64,000 bases of DNA from Antedon mediterranea (Eukaryota > Animalia > Echinodermata), in the NCBI RefSeq assembly GCF_964355755.1, contig NC_092670.1, forward strand, positions 9,972,201-10,036,200. The letters are read 5' to 3'. The notes beneath the pieces were generated by a model, which was not told where the DNA came from, searched no databases, and worked only from the letters and a program-made list of their open reading frames with translations. Positions within the stretch are counted from its first letter, which is position 1, and each line of letters starts with the position of its first letter. A program made the translations under genes and the position numbers. Shown here piece after piece: positions 13,183-27,000 of this stretch.

Positions 13183-13980
13183 TTAATAATAATAATCAAC
13201 GAAAACTTATATAGCGCCGGTATCCTCCACCCATGTGGCGCTCATGGCGCTTTGTGCATTAACAACGTGCGAGAACATCAGCGAATAGCGACGTCTTTAG
13301 GTTGGTCTTGAAACTGTTTAGACTATAAGTTGAGCATTTAACTGTTGCTGGTAAGCTGTTCCATACACTTGCGGCCGCAACGTTAAAAGATCTCTGACCC
13401 CACTGATTTTTCGCTCTACGCTCTTGAAGAAGGTTTTGTGACAATGATCGTAGGCCTCTGCGGGATGATTCGTAACGATCCACAAGGTCAGATAAATAAG
13501 CAGGAGCACTGTCATTTAGGATCTTGAATACAAACAACGCAAGTTTGTACTTAATACGTTGTTGAACAGGCAACCAATGCAAATCCATCAGGACAGGAGT
13601 TATGTGAGCGTTTGATTTTGTATAAGTTACAATTCTAGCTGCCATATTTTGCAAGCGCTGCAAACGTTGTATTTGAGATTTTGGTATGCCAAACAACAAG
13701 GCATTACCAATGTCAATTTTAGAAGTGACAAATGAGTTTACAATCAATTCAGCTGTTTTCTTGTTAAGATTACCGCGAATACGACCAAGGTTCCTAATCG
13801 ATATGCATGCTGCTTTGGATACAGTGGTTATTTGTGCTTCCATAGTGAGATTACTATCCAGCATGATTCCCAGATTCCGGACCACCGATGAGGGAGCGAT
13901 GTTAGAGTTTCCGATTCTGATATGTGTGATGTTGATTTTGGAGATGTTACATTTAGACCCGACGATAATAAACTCTGTCA
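13183..13980 (-). mobile_element. 5'-truncated L2-like LINE (3' end of ORF2)
   Basis: ORF 13259-13885 with VRNLG..LD..L.M and LHWLPVQQRIKYK motifs, 3' ggcgctatataag, (ATT)n tail; absent from copy 2 intron 1. Confidence 0.8.
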
Positions 13981-15897
13981 GGAAATTTAATTATGAAAGT
14001 CAAACAAATTTATAAGACTGTACAAAAAAATTATTAAAATTGTATGTGTCACAGACAGGCAATGTACATGACTTTTAAGAAGGTTTAGGTATTGTAATAT
14101 TTCTCCTCATTTAAAAGAAATCTTAAAATTTGTTTTGTATTATGATGTTGCCAGATAGTTGTTTTAGATAACTGAATGTTAATCAACTCCAAATTTATTA
14201 ATAAATATGATTTATATGTTGTTACAGACGGGATTTTTCCAACGTCGTGGACAGAACACTTTTGTCCAGGTTAAAAAAATTGTATAATTTTGATATTAAC
14301 AAAAATAAAATTACATCAGTTTATTCTTTTATTACAAATCAAAATATTATTCAACCTTTGAAACACTGTTGAAAGTTTAGGTCAAGTGAAAATATTAAAA
14401 TTCATAAAATAATATAAAATATTATTTATAAAATTAATTATTCAAAGAGTTATAAAGAGAAGCAATAATTGTTAAATTCATTTGTTTAATTCATTTATTT
14501 TAAAAAACATCATTAATTTAAAAGTTAGGTTTCGTATAAACAAATCTTCAAGCTATTAACACATTTAAGGCGATTCTTTAAAAATTGACGTTGGCATTTG
14601 ACGTCTGAATTTCTTAGTGGATCCAAGTTGCACCTGAAATTTTCTTCTATCCTTGCTTGAATTTAATATTATTTCTATTTAGTATCTGATTTATAAAGGT
14701 TTATGGTTGCAAATTCACAAAGAATGAAATCTACAAAGTGAAAAAAAATACAAGTTTAAATCTATTGCAATTTAATATCCTTAAGAACAGTTGAAAATTA
14801 TGTTTTGAAAATACAGATTTTGCAATCATTACTTCGATAAACACTAAATGAGGAAAAAACCCAACCAAAATTTCTCAGAAGTGACAATTATAATTTTTTA
14901 AATGAAAATTATGTATGAATATGAAATTAATAAACAAACAATTGTAATAAAATATTTGATTATGAACAAACCCCCCTTTTCTTGAAGTGCCCTTTCAAAC
15001 TAGACTAGGCATAGCCGATATGACAATTTCTTGGCTATTCTGTATAGCCAGCAGGCAAATTGTACTTTTCTTACTACAAAGTCCTAGGAAAATTTGTCTA
15101 GTTTATAAATATTAGTATGTTAAAATATTAAAAATAGAAATATATTAATAACATTTAAATTTTGTCTTAACTAAAAGAAGACACATAGATTGTATTTACT
15201 ATGTATACAGTACCAGTAATAAATGTAATCTTTATGTTAAATTTACTTCAAATGATTTATATACAATTAAAAAGAAATATCATATCTATACACGTAACCA
15301 TACATATGAGGTATCAAAGTGACTGCAATTGAACCTTTTTTTAAACTATAACATTTAAAAAATCCCCACCTGCACCTTTTTCCTGTCCTTGTTGTTTTTA
15401 ATGAACTACAATATGGGTTACAGGTAAACAAGCTTTGCTCTTATGGTCATCCATACTAGCATTTGTTTTTTATCCCTCATGATATTTAAATGGTAAAATA
15501 AATTTATACTTGACTCTCTTTTTTATATTGATAGAGATATTTTTTTATTTTATATATGGATTTAATTTATATTTGGATTTAAGTGATTCTTCATAATATT
15601 TTTGTTTATTACTTTTATATACTAAATAAATTTTGGGGAGGTCCAACCATGTTTACATTACTTCACTCTGTAAATTTAATTGCTATGGCGTTGCTTAATC
15701 TGTATACAATTTGTTTTAAATTCTAGCTATCAATTTAAAACAGAATCCGAGATACAATAGATCACCAAAGTAAGAAAACACCTTCAGGAGCCAAAACAAT
15801 TCCTACTAATAGGCGTTTCCCCGAAACCAAGTTTTGTTGAATACACTACATAAGTTGTTCATTCCATCAGTACACTAAATCAGAAAATTTAACTCAC

Positions 15898-16188
15898 CCT
15901 TTCGATGTAACAAAACTCTGGCTTTTGAATTACGTTGTTTTCAACTGATGCTTCTTCCAGTATTTGCTTACTGATTTGACAAACACGATCTTTCTGGTTA
16001 TAGTTGACCGACAAGCAATCGGATTTGTGGGAACATTCCAGCAAACAATTTACACGGCTTATATTCTTCAACTCGTAACTCCAACCCTCAAGAGCCTGTC
16101 CCTGGATAACTGTATAGAATGAATTGGTCGAAAGAACGACAATAGGCAGAAGATTAAGAACGACAACCAAAGTTGCAAACGTATGCAT
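15898..16188 (-). CDS. PAN-FReD gene copy 1, exon 1: signal peptide + PAN/apple-like domain
   Basis: ATG at 16188, hydrophobic leader MHTFATLVVVLNLLPIVVLS, PAN-type pattern C-x3-C-x5-C-LSVNY-x6-C, donor gtgagt at 15897 (phase 0). Confidence 0.85.
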
Positions 16189-17981
16189 TGCGACGTTTTG
16201 GAAATACGTATTGACAAAATAAACTGTATGATGTGCCTTCAAATGCAACTTGTCGTACACCTTATTTGTGGTAACAAGGAACTACTGTACGTTTTCATCT
16301 TCTGATGTGCGTATTATAGATGTTCCATCCAAGTATAATACAATAGAACTTTGTCTGCACCAATCAAAAACGTGTTAGTAATAATACTGTAACTATGTAT
16401 GAACAAATTTCTAATAGCCTATAAAATCGAACCATCAAATTCATGGAGTTTTTTAATTATATATTAATATAAATTGAAATTACTATGTAGCTGGATTATA
16501 ACAGTCTATGATCAATGTTCTGTTGTTTTTTTTACCAAATTCAGTGTTTTGGTTCAAGTATCTCTATTTTTAAATCTTATTATGCCTCGAAGTCTAATTG
16601 AATTTATTTTCATTATTTAAAACACCTTCTCTAAAACACCTTCTCTACATGTAGAATAATAGAAGCTGCATTATCGTAAATTTAGTATCGTGTTTGTTGA
16701 CAGTTGACATAAATTAATTTTTACATTGCTACTAGGACATTACTTTTTAGTAATTGTTGTTGATGCAACGATGTATAAACAACTACTAATATAATGTAAA
16801 ATAGCTGTATAATTTATTTCCAAGTGAATAATATATTAAGATTCAAATCGATGAACAATAGATAAGATTGCAACAAGCTAGTAATGATGCGTAGCAGATA
16901 TTAGGATGAATGTGTTTAAGATTTAGAAGCATGTGATATAATAGTTTCACTAGTCACATTCTATTATGACCAATAAGAATTAAGAATGTCATTGGTGTGC
17001 TTGCCTTATGCATAAGGAGTGACCACATTCTTTCATGTAGACTAGTGGACTGTGGTTAATTAATATTTATTGCTTTACTAAGAAAAGTTGGTAACTATCT
17101 AATGAAAAAAAACAACAAATTAAGTTAAGGAACAAACTGTACATATCTCTTAGGGAGATGAATCTGTCTGCCAGACTTAGTAATTCTGACAGGGTCAGTA
17201 GCAATGCTCTTAATGTTATATGCTTATTTTGAATCGGCATTTATATATTATATATGCCATCTAGAACACTAGTTACAGATTAAATTTTTATATTATATAA
17301 GCTTATGTTTTGAGGCGTGCATGAGGTAGAAACATGAGCAAGAATACTTGCCACCCGTTTGATAATCATTTTTGAAATGGTGCATGTGAGTGCACATGCT
17401 GCTGACCACTTACTGTCTTCACATCTAAATGACCTGATTGTGACGTAGTAAAGTGGTTCGTGAATTACTAAACGCAGCATTCAGTATTTGCAAAGAAATT
17501 GGTTTAAACACAAATTTTTCATAAAAATGTGCCATTCTAACATGGCTTAAATGAATAAAGGAGAAAGAAAAGGTGCCCAAGCTCAAACAGATTATCAGAC
17601 TTGCAGTTTAGGAGGAGATACAGGAACAAACTTTGGCTTAGTGCTATTATAATATGATGATCAATGAACAAAACATCTTAAATAGCCCCTTTGCTCAAGA
17701 TTACATATCCAACCTTTCCAGAACTTGGAACCATCCCTTACCTTCATATCACTTTCAACACCCACCAAAAATCATTTCCGTACCCCTGTGTTGAACTATA
17801 GTATATATTTGAATAGCTTTAAAAAAAAAGTGACCAATAAAGAAATCTGATGTAATAATAAAACTAGCGTTAAATTTGTCTATTATAAGACAACATTTAA
17901 TGTACCCTATCTAGTGAGTTTACTGGTGCAATTATTAAATAAAGAAATTAAATTTAATTTTGTTCTTTATTGTTCTTTTAG

Positions 17982-18052
17982 GCTTGAAGCTGTTCATTGT
18001 GGGTGTCTTCCTTTGTGTCCTAACCAGCTGGTTTATCCTGAAATATTTCCTA
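17982..18052 (+). CDS. GTDC1: Penultimate coding exon of GTDC1-like gene
   Basis: Acceptor ttcttttag, donor gtaag. Phase-compatible with the exon ending at 2037 (AT|G). Encodes [24 protein letters not shown], the expected continuation ([20 protein letters not shown]). Confidence 0.88.
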
Positions 18053-18675
18053 GTAAGTTTAGAGTTCTCAACTTGCTATAATTGATTTCAGTAGTTTGGA
18101 TAAAAAAATTCTGTAGTAATTACAAAATAGTTGTCATGTTTGTGTAGAGTTGTGTGGTCTAAAGCATCCTTCTTTAAACACAGAGAATCACAACATCAAT
18201 AATATGACAGTTTGTTTCAGAGCATGTACAGAATGATATTCAGAATGACCATCACACTGTGATTGTGTTTTGACAAATTGTAATCAAGAAATAAAATGGA
18301 AATCCAGAACAAGGGCTTTTCGTGGATTGTGGGTCGATGATTAGTCCATCATAATTTTGTGTTTTATTTTGGGTTTCTCATAATTTTAAGCCAAATCATA
18401 ATTTTGGCTAGTACCGTATGTATTGCCATAGTATTTATCTACATTTTCATACAAAAATTACATGGCAGCACTGAAATAAGTAATTAAATATTCCAATATT
18501 GAATTACCTTGACTCTTGGAATCTATTTTATTATATTTTATGGTGATGCTATTATATGACATCAAATGTAAACATTAAAGGAGTATTGTTCTTTATCGAA
18601 TTACCTCTTTCAATCTTTATTACATTATATAGTATTATATGGTGACGCTATTAAATAACATGAATTTAAACATAT

Positions 18676-19310
18676 TGTAACGTTTTTCCTCCGCCTGTCT
18701 CTACTGTGTACTACGTACATTTCTCGGGTCCCTTTCTAGCCTGGTAGCAATCTCATTCGTTAGGCCTAGAGCCTGGCTAGCCTAGTTATTCATTATAGAA
18801 TTAAAAGGTTATATACTCGGCTTATTGGAAGGCGTATGCTCCTTCTAATAAATGGACCACCGGAGGAGTCCCACACCCTAGTTTATTTTATGGACAGATA
18901 GGAAGTTTAATCTCGCTTGGCTAGCCTATCAGGTTCCCAGGTTCTCTCATTCCGTCTAGGTCTAACACTCACTAAGTAATTATTGCTAGATAAATAAGGA
19001 CTATATGATTATGACAGGTAGCGTTAGGTTCGACGACAGTGATATTCCGTCGGCTTCACATACAATGTAAATAGATAGATAAATGAGGAAAGTTAGTAGA
19101 TTATATTCTCATGAGCCTTTATGACTCTTTTATTTATAAACTTGCCAACTACAGTATTGATTAACAAAGATACAAGAACAACGGGATGGATGGTCTCGCT
19201 CACTCAAAATCAAAACGAAGAGTGGTAGAGGTTTCTGGCTTTATTTGGCTTGCTACATTATAAAAATAGGTAGAAAATAAATGATTTGGGCTGTACCAAT
19301 TTCCGTTACA
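18676..19310. mobile_element. TGT...ACA-bounded insertion (solo LTR or Ginger-like)
   Basis: Inverted termini tgtaacg / cgttaca with near-TSD atat/ttat; it interrupts a ~97-bp tandem unit at aaacatat|ataaagga. Confidence 0.5.
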
Positions 19311-19360
19311 TTATAAAGGAGTATTGTCCTATACCGAATTACTCTTACAATCTCTTCTAG

Positions 19361-19536
19361 AGGACTGTTTATACAATACAGAACAACAGTTATTTAAACA
19401 TCTACGACGATTCTGCAGAACACCAAATATTGTACGTAACTATGACAGAAGTACACTGAATGAAATCACTACAAAATGTAGCTGGACATCTCTCAAGCAA
19501 CAATATCTAACACTGCTTTCAAGTCAAGAATCATAA
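19361..19536 (+). CDS. GTDC1: Terminal coding exon of GTDC1-like gene
   Basis: Acceptor tctcttctag at 19360, in phase (A|AG). Encodes KDCLYNTEQQLFKHLRRFCRTPNIVR...CSWTSLKQQYLTLLSSQES-stop, resembling the GTDC1 C-terminus (YLY.T..QL...L..FC..P...SW..L). Confidence 0.82.
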
Positions 19537-20689
19537 TGGTGTATCACAATTTTCAAGATGCATAATTGCCGTGAATGGTAAATTATTAACTTATATACTA
19601 CTTTTCAATTGGTATGCACTTTTATTATCCTAGCAATTATACCTGTCTCAGTACAATTCCAACTAATTTGATATGTCTCATAACCCGGAGGCCAGTATCT
19701 CCCTGTATTCACCAACCTCCAACCCTCTTCAATCACATCCCTCACTTAGGGTTAAAAAAAAAAATCCTTCCCAGTACAATTTTTAATTTGGGAAAAAAAC
19801 AACTTAAGCTTCATAATGAGAGGGCAAGAGGATGATGCACAACTATGATAGGCCTATGGTTTAGATACTTTGCAAACTGTGTAAATGAATAGGTGTCGTA
19901 TTGGCTAATGATTAAAATATCAATACAGCTACATATGATACAGCTGAAATACCTCTGCCCAAGCCTTCTTTCTCCTCTCCCTATCCCAGCCACAATCAAC
20001 AAACCCTAACTCCTAGAACAGTTCAATTCCAATCATGTTGTCCTTCATTAGCCCCAAAACGCCAGTATCTCCGCCCCACTAGGTTTGAGACGTTTCTAGT
20101 ATAAATTATATTGAGCCATACAGTATATCACTCCCAACCCATAACCCCTCAGTGGCAGTTTTTTAAAAATATAGTTTAAAACATTTCCAGTAGAGTTTCA
20201 GCCATGTTGATAGGCCTACGACCCACCCCAAACTCCCAACTCCTTTCCAGAAATACTTAAAATTCAATTCAAATTGATAGCCTACTACCCTTAGCCCAAG
20301 CAAAAATCCCCACCATTCCTTTTACCGCAACTCCCCCCTCCCCCTTCTGACTTTGGGAATTTTTTAAATGTAGTTTAAAACCTTCACAGTATAATTGCAG
20401 TCATTTTGATACCCATATGTATGGTTACGTGCAGAAACAGAAATTTGTATAAGGAACAGAAAAACACAAAAGGTGGAAAAAAGGTTGGGAATTTTGAACC
20501 ATAACTTGTATTCAAGATGGCGGATGATGTTCAAATATAGTTTAGAACCTTTCCTGTACCATTATGGTCATTTTGATACCCCATATGTGTACAGTAACAA
20601 AACAAAGTACAAGCAGATTCATAAGTTAAATTCATACAAAAAGAATTGATCGCACATACAGAATCGTCAGCACAACCAAGGTACTGAAT

Positions 20690-20914
20690 AGTTAAGGGAA
20701 CTTTTAAGGGACTTCTGAGGTCCCTTAAAAGTTAAGGGGCCTCTGAGGTCCCTTAAAAGTTAAGGGAAAAATAGACCAAGTTAAGGGTTTCCCTTAACTT
20801 TAAACCCTTTGTGAATACCACTTAAGTGAAACCCTTAATATTTTCTTGATTTAAGGGAAATTCTTAGGATTTAAGGGAAATATCTCACTTAATGTGATTT
20901 TGGTGAATACGGCC
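20690..20914. mobile_element. Fragment of a Harbinger-like MITE with ttaaggg subterminal repeats
   Basis: Repeated ttaaggg/cccttaa motifs. One end gtgaatacggcc resembles the TIR of the 50382 element; the other end was not found. Confidence 0.45.
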
Positions 20915-21264
20915 ACAGGCTCTGAACTTCCCAAATTTTCAACTCCAAATAAACCAAAGGAGGAAGTTAAAACACCACGCTTATAGACCTACGAAAAGCC
21001 TCCATCGCTTTTTCATACGTTTATTGGAGGACTTCATCAATCTACTTCGAATGCAGCGTTAAGAAAACATATACATGACATCGGTATCTGCAGCGTCACT
21101 GATATAATTTCGCTGAAAAATCGCAATCACCCTTGCCTCATTCTGTGTTGTGTTGGACAATGAATCTGATACTCTGATCATCTCATCACCTGAATCGTGG
21201 CCAGACAGAGTTCGCGTGAGGAACTTTACACCTAGAAAGCCGAGGAATAACTTACATTGCTTCA

Positions 21265-22500
21265 AACATCATCCTACCTGATGAGGTTGTGAAAAAGTTA
21301 AACACAATATTTAAAAAATTTATTTGGAATTAGATCGGAGCGAATATGAATTAGGTGGATTAAAAGTGTTCCACCTTGGCAACTATTTAGAATCTATTAG
21401 TTTATCGTGGATAATAAAATTGAGTTGTGTCTGTTGTGTCATCTGCAAAACAAGTAATTTTTAGCTCGTTCCTGTCGTGTAAATTTTGAGGTAGTTTAAT
21501 ACACTTAATTTAGTCAGACTGTCTAATTTTGCAAGCAAGTGGTTCTACACCTAGTACAAAAAGAAAGCAGAGATGGGACAGCCTTGTCTTACTCCTCTTT
21601 CGACATTAAAGAATTTAGACACATGTCCGTTATTGATTAAAATGAAGGATTTTTCCAAAGTTTAGTCTTTTGAGAACATCTATTAATATCGCCTATTAAT
21701 CGAGTCAAATGCCTTTTTAAAATCAACGCATAGCATTCTCGAGTTTCTTGAGATATCTTCAATTAGTCTTATATTTTAGTGTATATTTCTTCCTTTAACA
21801 AAACCGCTTTGATCATAACTAATAATAGAATAACTTCTCGTTGCTAAGCATTTGGTTAGAATTTTATAGTCTATCTTTAAATGACTGCTAATAGGACGCC
21901 AATTATCTCGTGAGTGGCGGGGTAAATCTTTCCCTTTGTGTATAGCATTTAAGAGATTGAGATTTTGTTAATTCACCAAATTTTTATGATCATTAAATGC
22001 ATTCACTACTTGTTATCCTACTTTAACCCAGAATCTTTTATAAATTCAGGTGAGAGCCCATCATACCCAGGGCTTTTATTATTTTCAATCATTTTTAGTG
22101 CATTTAAACATTCCTCATAGCTATACCTATATCTAGTTTCGGAAAAGTAATTCCATCTAGAAATGATTCTATATTTTCTGTAAGAGTGTCCTTTTCAGAT
22201 CTATATAGTTCAGAAAAGAAACTGACCTGCATGTTTAAAATGTCAGAGTTGTTTGTGATTTCTCTGTTGAATTTGTTTGAGTTTTTTTATACCTTTTATT
22301 TTTTCTAGATTAAAAATATTTTGATGACCTTTCACCTTCTTCGCACCACTTTTCACGAGATCTTATTTGAATGCCTCTAACTACGTGCTCGTAAAGCGTT
22401 TCATATTCCAATTTTACCTTGTTATATTGACGTCAAAGGGACAATAAGTTTTGTATTTTTATTTTAACCGATTTTTGTTTGATTTACGCGAATCCGTGAA
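21265..22500 (-). mobile_element. Decayed Tx1/L1-clade LINE ORF2 fragment with an inverted sub-segment
   Basis: Minus-strand motifs RSREKWCEEGERSSKYF, NKSPGYDGL, NWRPIS, DQSGFVKG, KAFDS, RGVRQGCPIS, FADD. Downstream motifs (KKFIWN, ELGGLKV) lie on the + strand at 21265-21425. Confidence 0.75.
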
Positions 22501-22968
22501 TTTTTATACCAAATTCAATTTTAATTTCAATTTTTTTTAAGAGAGAGAAGAGAGAGAGTGAAAGTGATAAGGTTACACTTCAGAGTCAATGGTTTTGGCT
22601 AACTCAATTTTTGCTTATATGTATAATAATGTTTTTTTTCTTTTATATAACTTTAATTTTGCATGCCACTATTATAACCATTTTTATATTTTAAATAGAT
22701 TTTTAAAAAAAAAGGGAAACAGAAGGATGTAATGTAATGATATACATTTATAATTGAGAAATCAACCTTTGTATCAGAATTCAAATAAGTTCACAAACTT
22801 GGTCCAGAAAGTCCAGAGGAGAGTTTGTCCAGATGTTTTAAAAGTCCATTTAGCTCATAATTAAATCCCAAAAGTAAACAGTTTATTTGACCTCTCTAAC
22901 TGTTCCCATTGTAAAACAATTAGATATTGACAGTTTTAAGCAAAGATTCAACAGGGCCAATTCATCAT

Positions 22969-23327
22969 TGTAACCCCCCAGATAAGATCAATCACTCCCA
23001 CCTAAACACCCCTGGATCAACTTAGGACCAATCATTAGCTCCATAAATGATGTAATTGACATACTGTATGCAAATGAACCGAAGCCAATATACCCCCAAG
23101 AGCCCAGACACACCTTACAGCCACTTCACGGAGCACACACCTCACAGCTACTTCCTCAGAAGCAGACCTACACACCTCACATCTCACCAACAGCATCACC
23201 TAATCCTCTGTTCCTTATACTTATAGTTGTATATTATATTGTATCAAGTATTATTGAATAAACAATATATGTGTTACTGCAGTCAAGCGAGTAAGAGTCT
23301 TCATTACAAGTCAAAAACCTCATAACA
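22969..23327 (+). mobile_element. Possible solo LTR
   Basis: tgtaac...cataaca ends, internal AATAAA and short direct repeats; no convincing TSD. Confidence 0.35.
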
Positions 23328-23955
23328 CTATATTACACTACGTGAACATTTTCATTAAACCAAAGTTTGTTGCACAACTACATATGTACATGCATCTGCT
23401 GTCCAAGTTACAACATTACTGCTATCGCCGTTTTTGAGATCTGTGACCAACAAAAAATGAGCAGAAAAAATGAAATTTTTGACAATAACAATAGGCTATC
23501 ACTCTACAGAGAGCGATAGCGTAATAAATACAAATACTACTTACTAATGTCCACTTCCACAGGGACAGAAAAATAATTATTTTTGCTTTCAATTACAGTT
23601 TTTCATGTAAATTTATTTTTTTTTAAATACGGTAAACAAACATTCTACAAAAGTTTGTCCACTTATTTTTAAAAGGACATCCATGACTTAAATAGTCTTC
23701 TCGTGGAAGACAGCTAGCCAACACAAATGGAATCCATTGAAAGATACGATCTTGGTAGAGCAAATACAATAGCCGGTGTAATTGCACATTGAGCCACTTA
23801 AAAAAATAGAAAGAACCCGGTCAAAGATCCCTCAAACCACACCTGAATAAAAGTTGAAGAAAGATTCCTCATTGTATTTACTATACAGTAACCACTGCGC
23901 AGATAGTAATGTTACATACCGCAATGAATCATAATTTTTTTACTATGATGACATC

Positions 23956-24037
<82 letters not shown>

Positions 24038-24063
24038 TAAAGATGTCATCATAGTAAAAAAAT

Positions 24064-24127
<64 letters not shown>

Positions 24128-24164
24128 CTTTAAAATGTTCATATATTAAAGATATATATATATA

Positions 24165-24588
<424 letters not shown>

Positions 24589-26612
24589 TATATATATGTT
24601 AATTTTGTTATTTCGGTCTTGATTGTCGAATTTAATATGCAATTAATTAATGATTTAATCAACATTTTTTTTCTTAATTTCATAATAAATCACAAATATG
24701 ATACATACAGTTTATGAAAATGCAAAATAGGAGTTCTCGAACATTCGGACGACCTATGTTAATTTTAAAATTTAGCATCTTTTCACCATTTTCTTAACTT
24801 ACACTTGCGTAGCCTGTCACTTTTGACGTGCTTGTATAACGTAGTTTTAAGTTGAAAATAAAATATGATGAAATTATTAATAGACCAGTCGGATCTGGAG
24901 GCAGGTGTCACTTTTCTGCAGAATTTTCCAAACCAACTTTTTCTAGTGCATTTTTTGACGTAGATTTCGAATCTGGTTGTTGATCGGACTAACGTGGGGG
25001 CTTTTTAAAGATATAAACGTTTAAAATCTTGATTTTTGAGAGCCGAAATTAATCAAAATAAAACAAATTTAGACAATAGAGGGCGCACTTTCTACATAAT
25101 TATGAGTAAATTGGATTAAAAAAGACTTCGTTGCTGTTAATTTTATTCACGTAAATGTGAAAATAATTTATAAATCTGATCGGTTTTATATGCTGAAATT
25201 GTTTTAGTAATACACTGTGTAGTATAAAGTTAGTTAGAACTTTTCATTTTCGCGTTTTCAGTGATCAAAAATGATATTGTCTAGGCCCAAATATGAATGC
25301 TTCCAGCATACGACGTGTGTAAACAAAGGACGTTTAAACCGCGATGACCGCATTATAAAGTTCGCTCAAGTGAATAGTGGGTAGTCTTTTACTAGCCTAG
25401 CGTATTATGACCGTATGCATGAAATATCTTTCTCTAGCTTATTTTGCATGCAGCGCTAGCTTTACATAAACATGTGTACTACTGTTTTTAAATTTTTTCC
25501 CCCGATTTTTAGGTGGTGTAGGCCTAGAACTTATATTATTATTACTGACACTGACAGGCTTCTAGGGTAGGCTACTACTACTACTTAGTACTCTGCTGTA
25601 GAGTGTAGTAACTAGCTAGCATAATAATAGCGTAGGTGTAGATGTATTATGGTGTCGTGTGTGTAGTCTTACAGCTAAAACATTTATTTTAGTGTAGGCA
25701 ATGCCTAATTACTGTACTGTATACATAAATCTAATAAATGCTGTGTACTACTACCCGTATATTAAGCTGATTATAACATACATTCAGCAACCCTATCAAC
25801 CAACGATTTCTCACAGGTGACACTGACATCATTGTTCAGGTGGAAACATTGTGAAAATACTACAACGATATTGAATGTATTATTTATTACGAAAGCTGCA
25901 TCTACTATCTAGCATGAACATATTTCCTCTCTGACTGAGATCATGTTTTAAACAATAACAGAAAATAAGGTTGCCCTAAAGAACTAGCTGTAGAAAATCA
26001 CATAAAACAATGTTTCTCTGTCCCTGAACCAACATAATTCCAATAAACATGGCTATATCATACCAAATGTATTCTACAAAATAAACAGCAAGCATCATAT
26101 AATAATTATGGTTTAAAATGTCAAAGACCAACTGATAAATGTGGAATTTGCGTGTATGGTGGTTTGATTCCATAATAGTAATACTGTATTTTGATGATGC
26201 CAACTATTGCATTTTCTATGTATATGTACAGGCGCGTAGCCAGGGGGGTTTTATGGTTCGGGCGAACCCCCATTCCCGACATGCCCAATACCTCACCCCC
26301 TCATCTCTGAAAATCCTCCAAATACGTGCCCCACGCAGTACAAAAGGTTAATTTGAAAAATTCGTTCGTGAATAACTCGATACCTTCTTCACTGTATGAG
26401 CGTATGTCGAGCGATACGTGTCTGAATATTTACGAGTTGCAAATGAATTGCCGATTTTCACCTGAAATCCCTGGATGTAACATGATATTGATGCGTGTAT
26501 CGTACTCATAAAGTGAGCCGGGGCACGAACGATTCGTACAAAGGACACCGCCAGACAATAGCGTACGTACCTATATTGTTTAGATCACGGCAGTCAGCAT
26601 GCATAAAGTATA

Positions 26613-27000
26613 CCGTAAATCTTCTAATTGTAACCCTGGGTTATTATATTATTCTTTGATTGTTTTTTAGGGTGGGTTACTACTAGAAGAGGATTACTAT
26701 TAGAGTAGTGGGTTACTATTACTTGAAAATAGTAACCCACCCCAACTATTCCGGTCAGCAGCTCATAGCAAAATAATAAAACAGTACGGATAAACACATT
26801 TGTTTGAACAGAACTAACTAACTAACTTATAAACTCAAAAACACTCAATCCTCCCCCACACCCGAGATCAACATGCATTATCTCCTTATTACTATTAGAG
26901 TAGTGGGTTATTATTATAGATTGACTATTGACTGGGTTACACTATTACTATTAAAAGGAGGGTTACTATTATTAGAGTGTGGTTTACTATTAGAAGATTG
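26613..27000. mobile_element. Tc1/mariner(pogo)-like MITE, degenerate
   Basis: ta|ccgtaaatcttctaat left end, attagaagattg partial right end, repeated gggttactatta motifs. Confidence 0.45.

Noticed and set aside
26229-26340. hAT-MITE-like end caggcgcgtagccagggggg
   Set aside because: No matching second TIR or TSD found.
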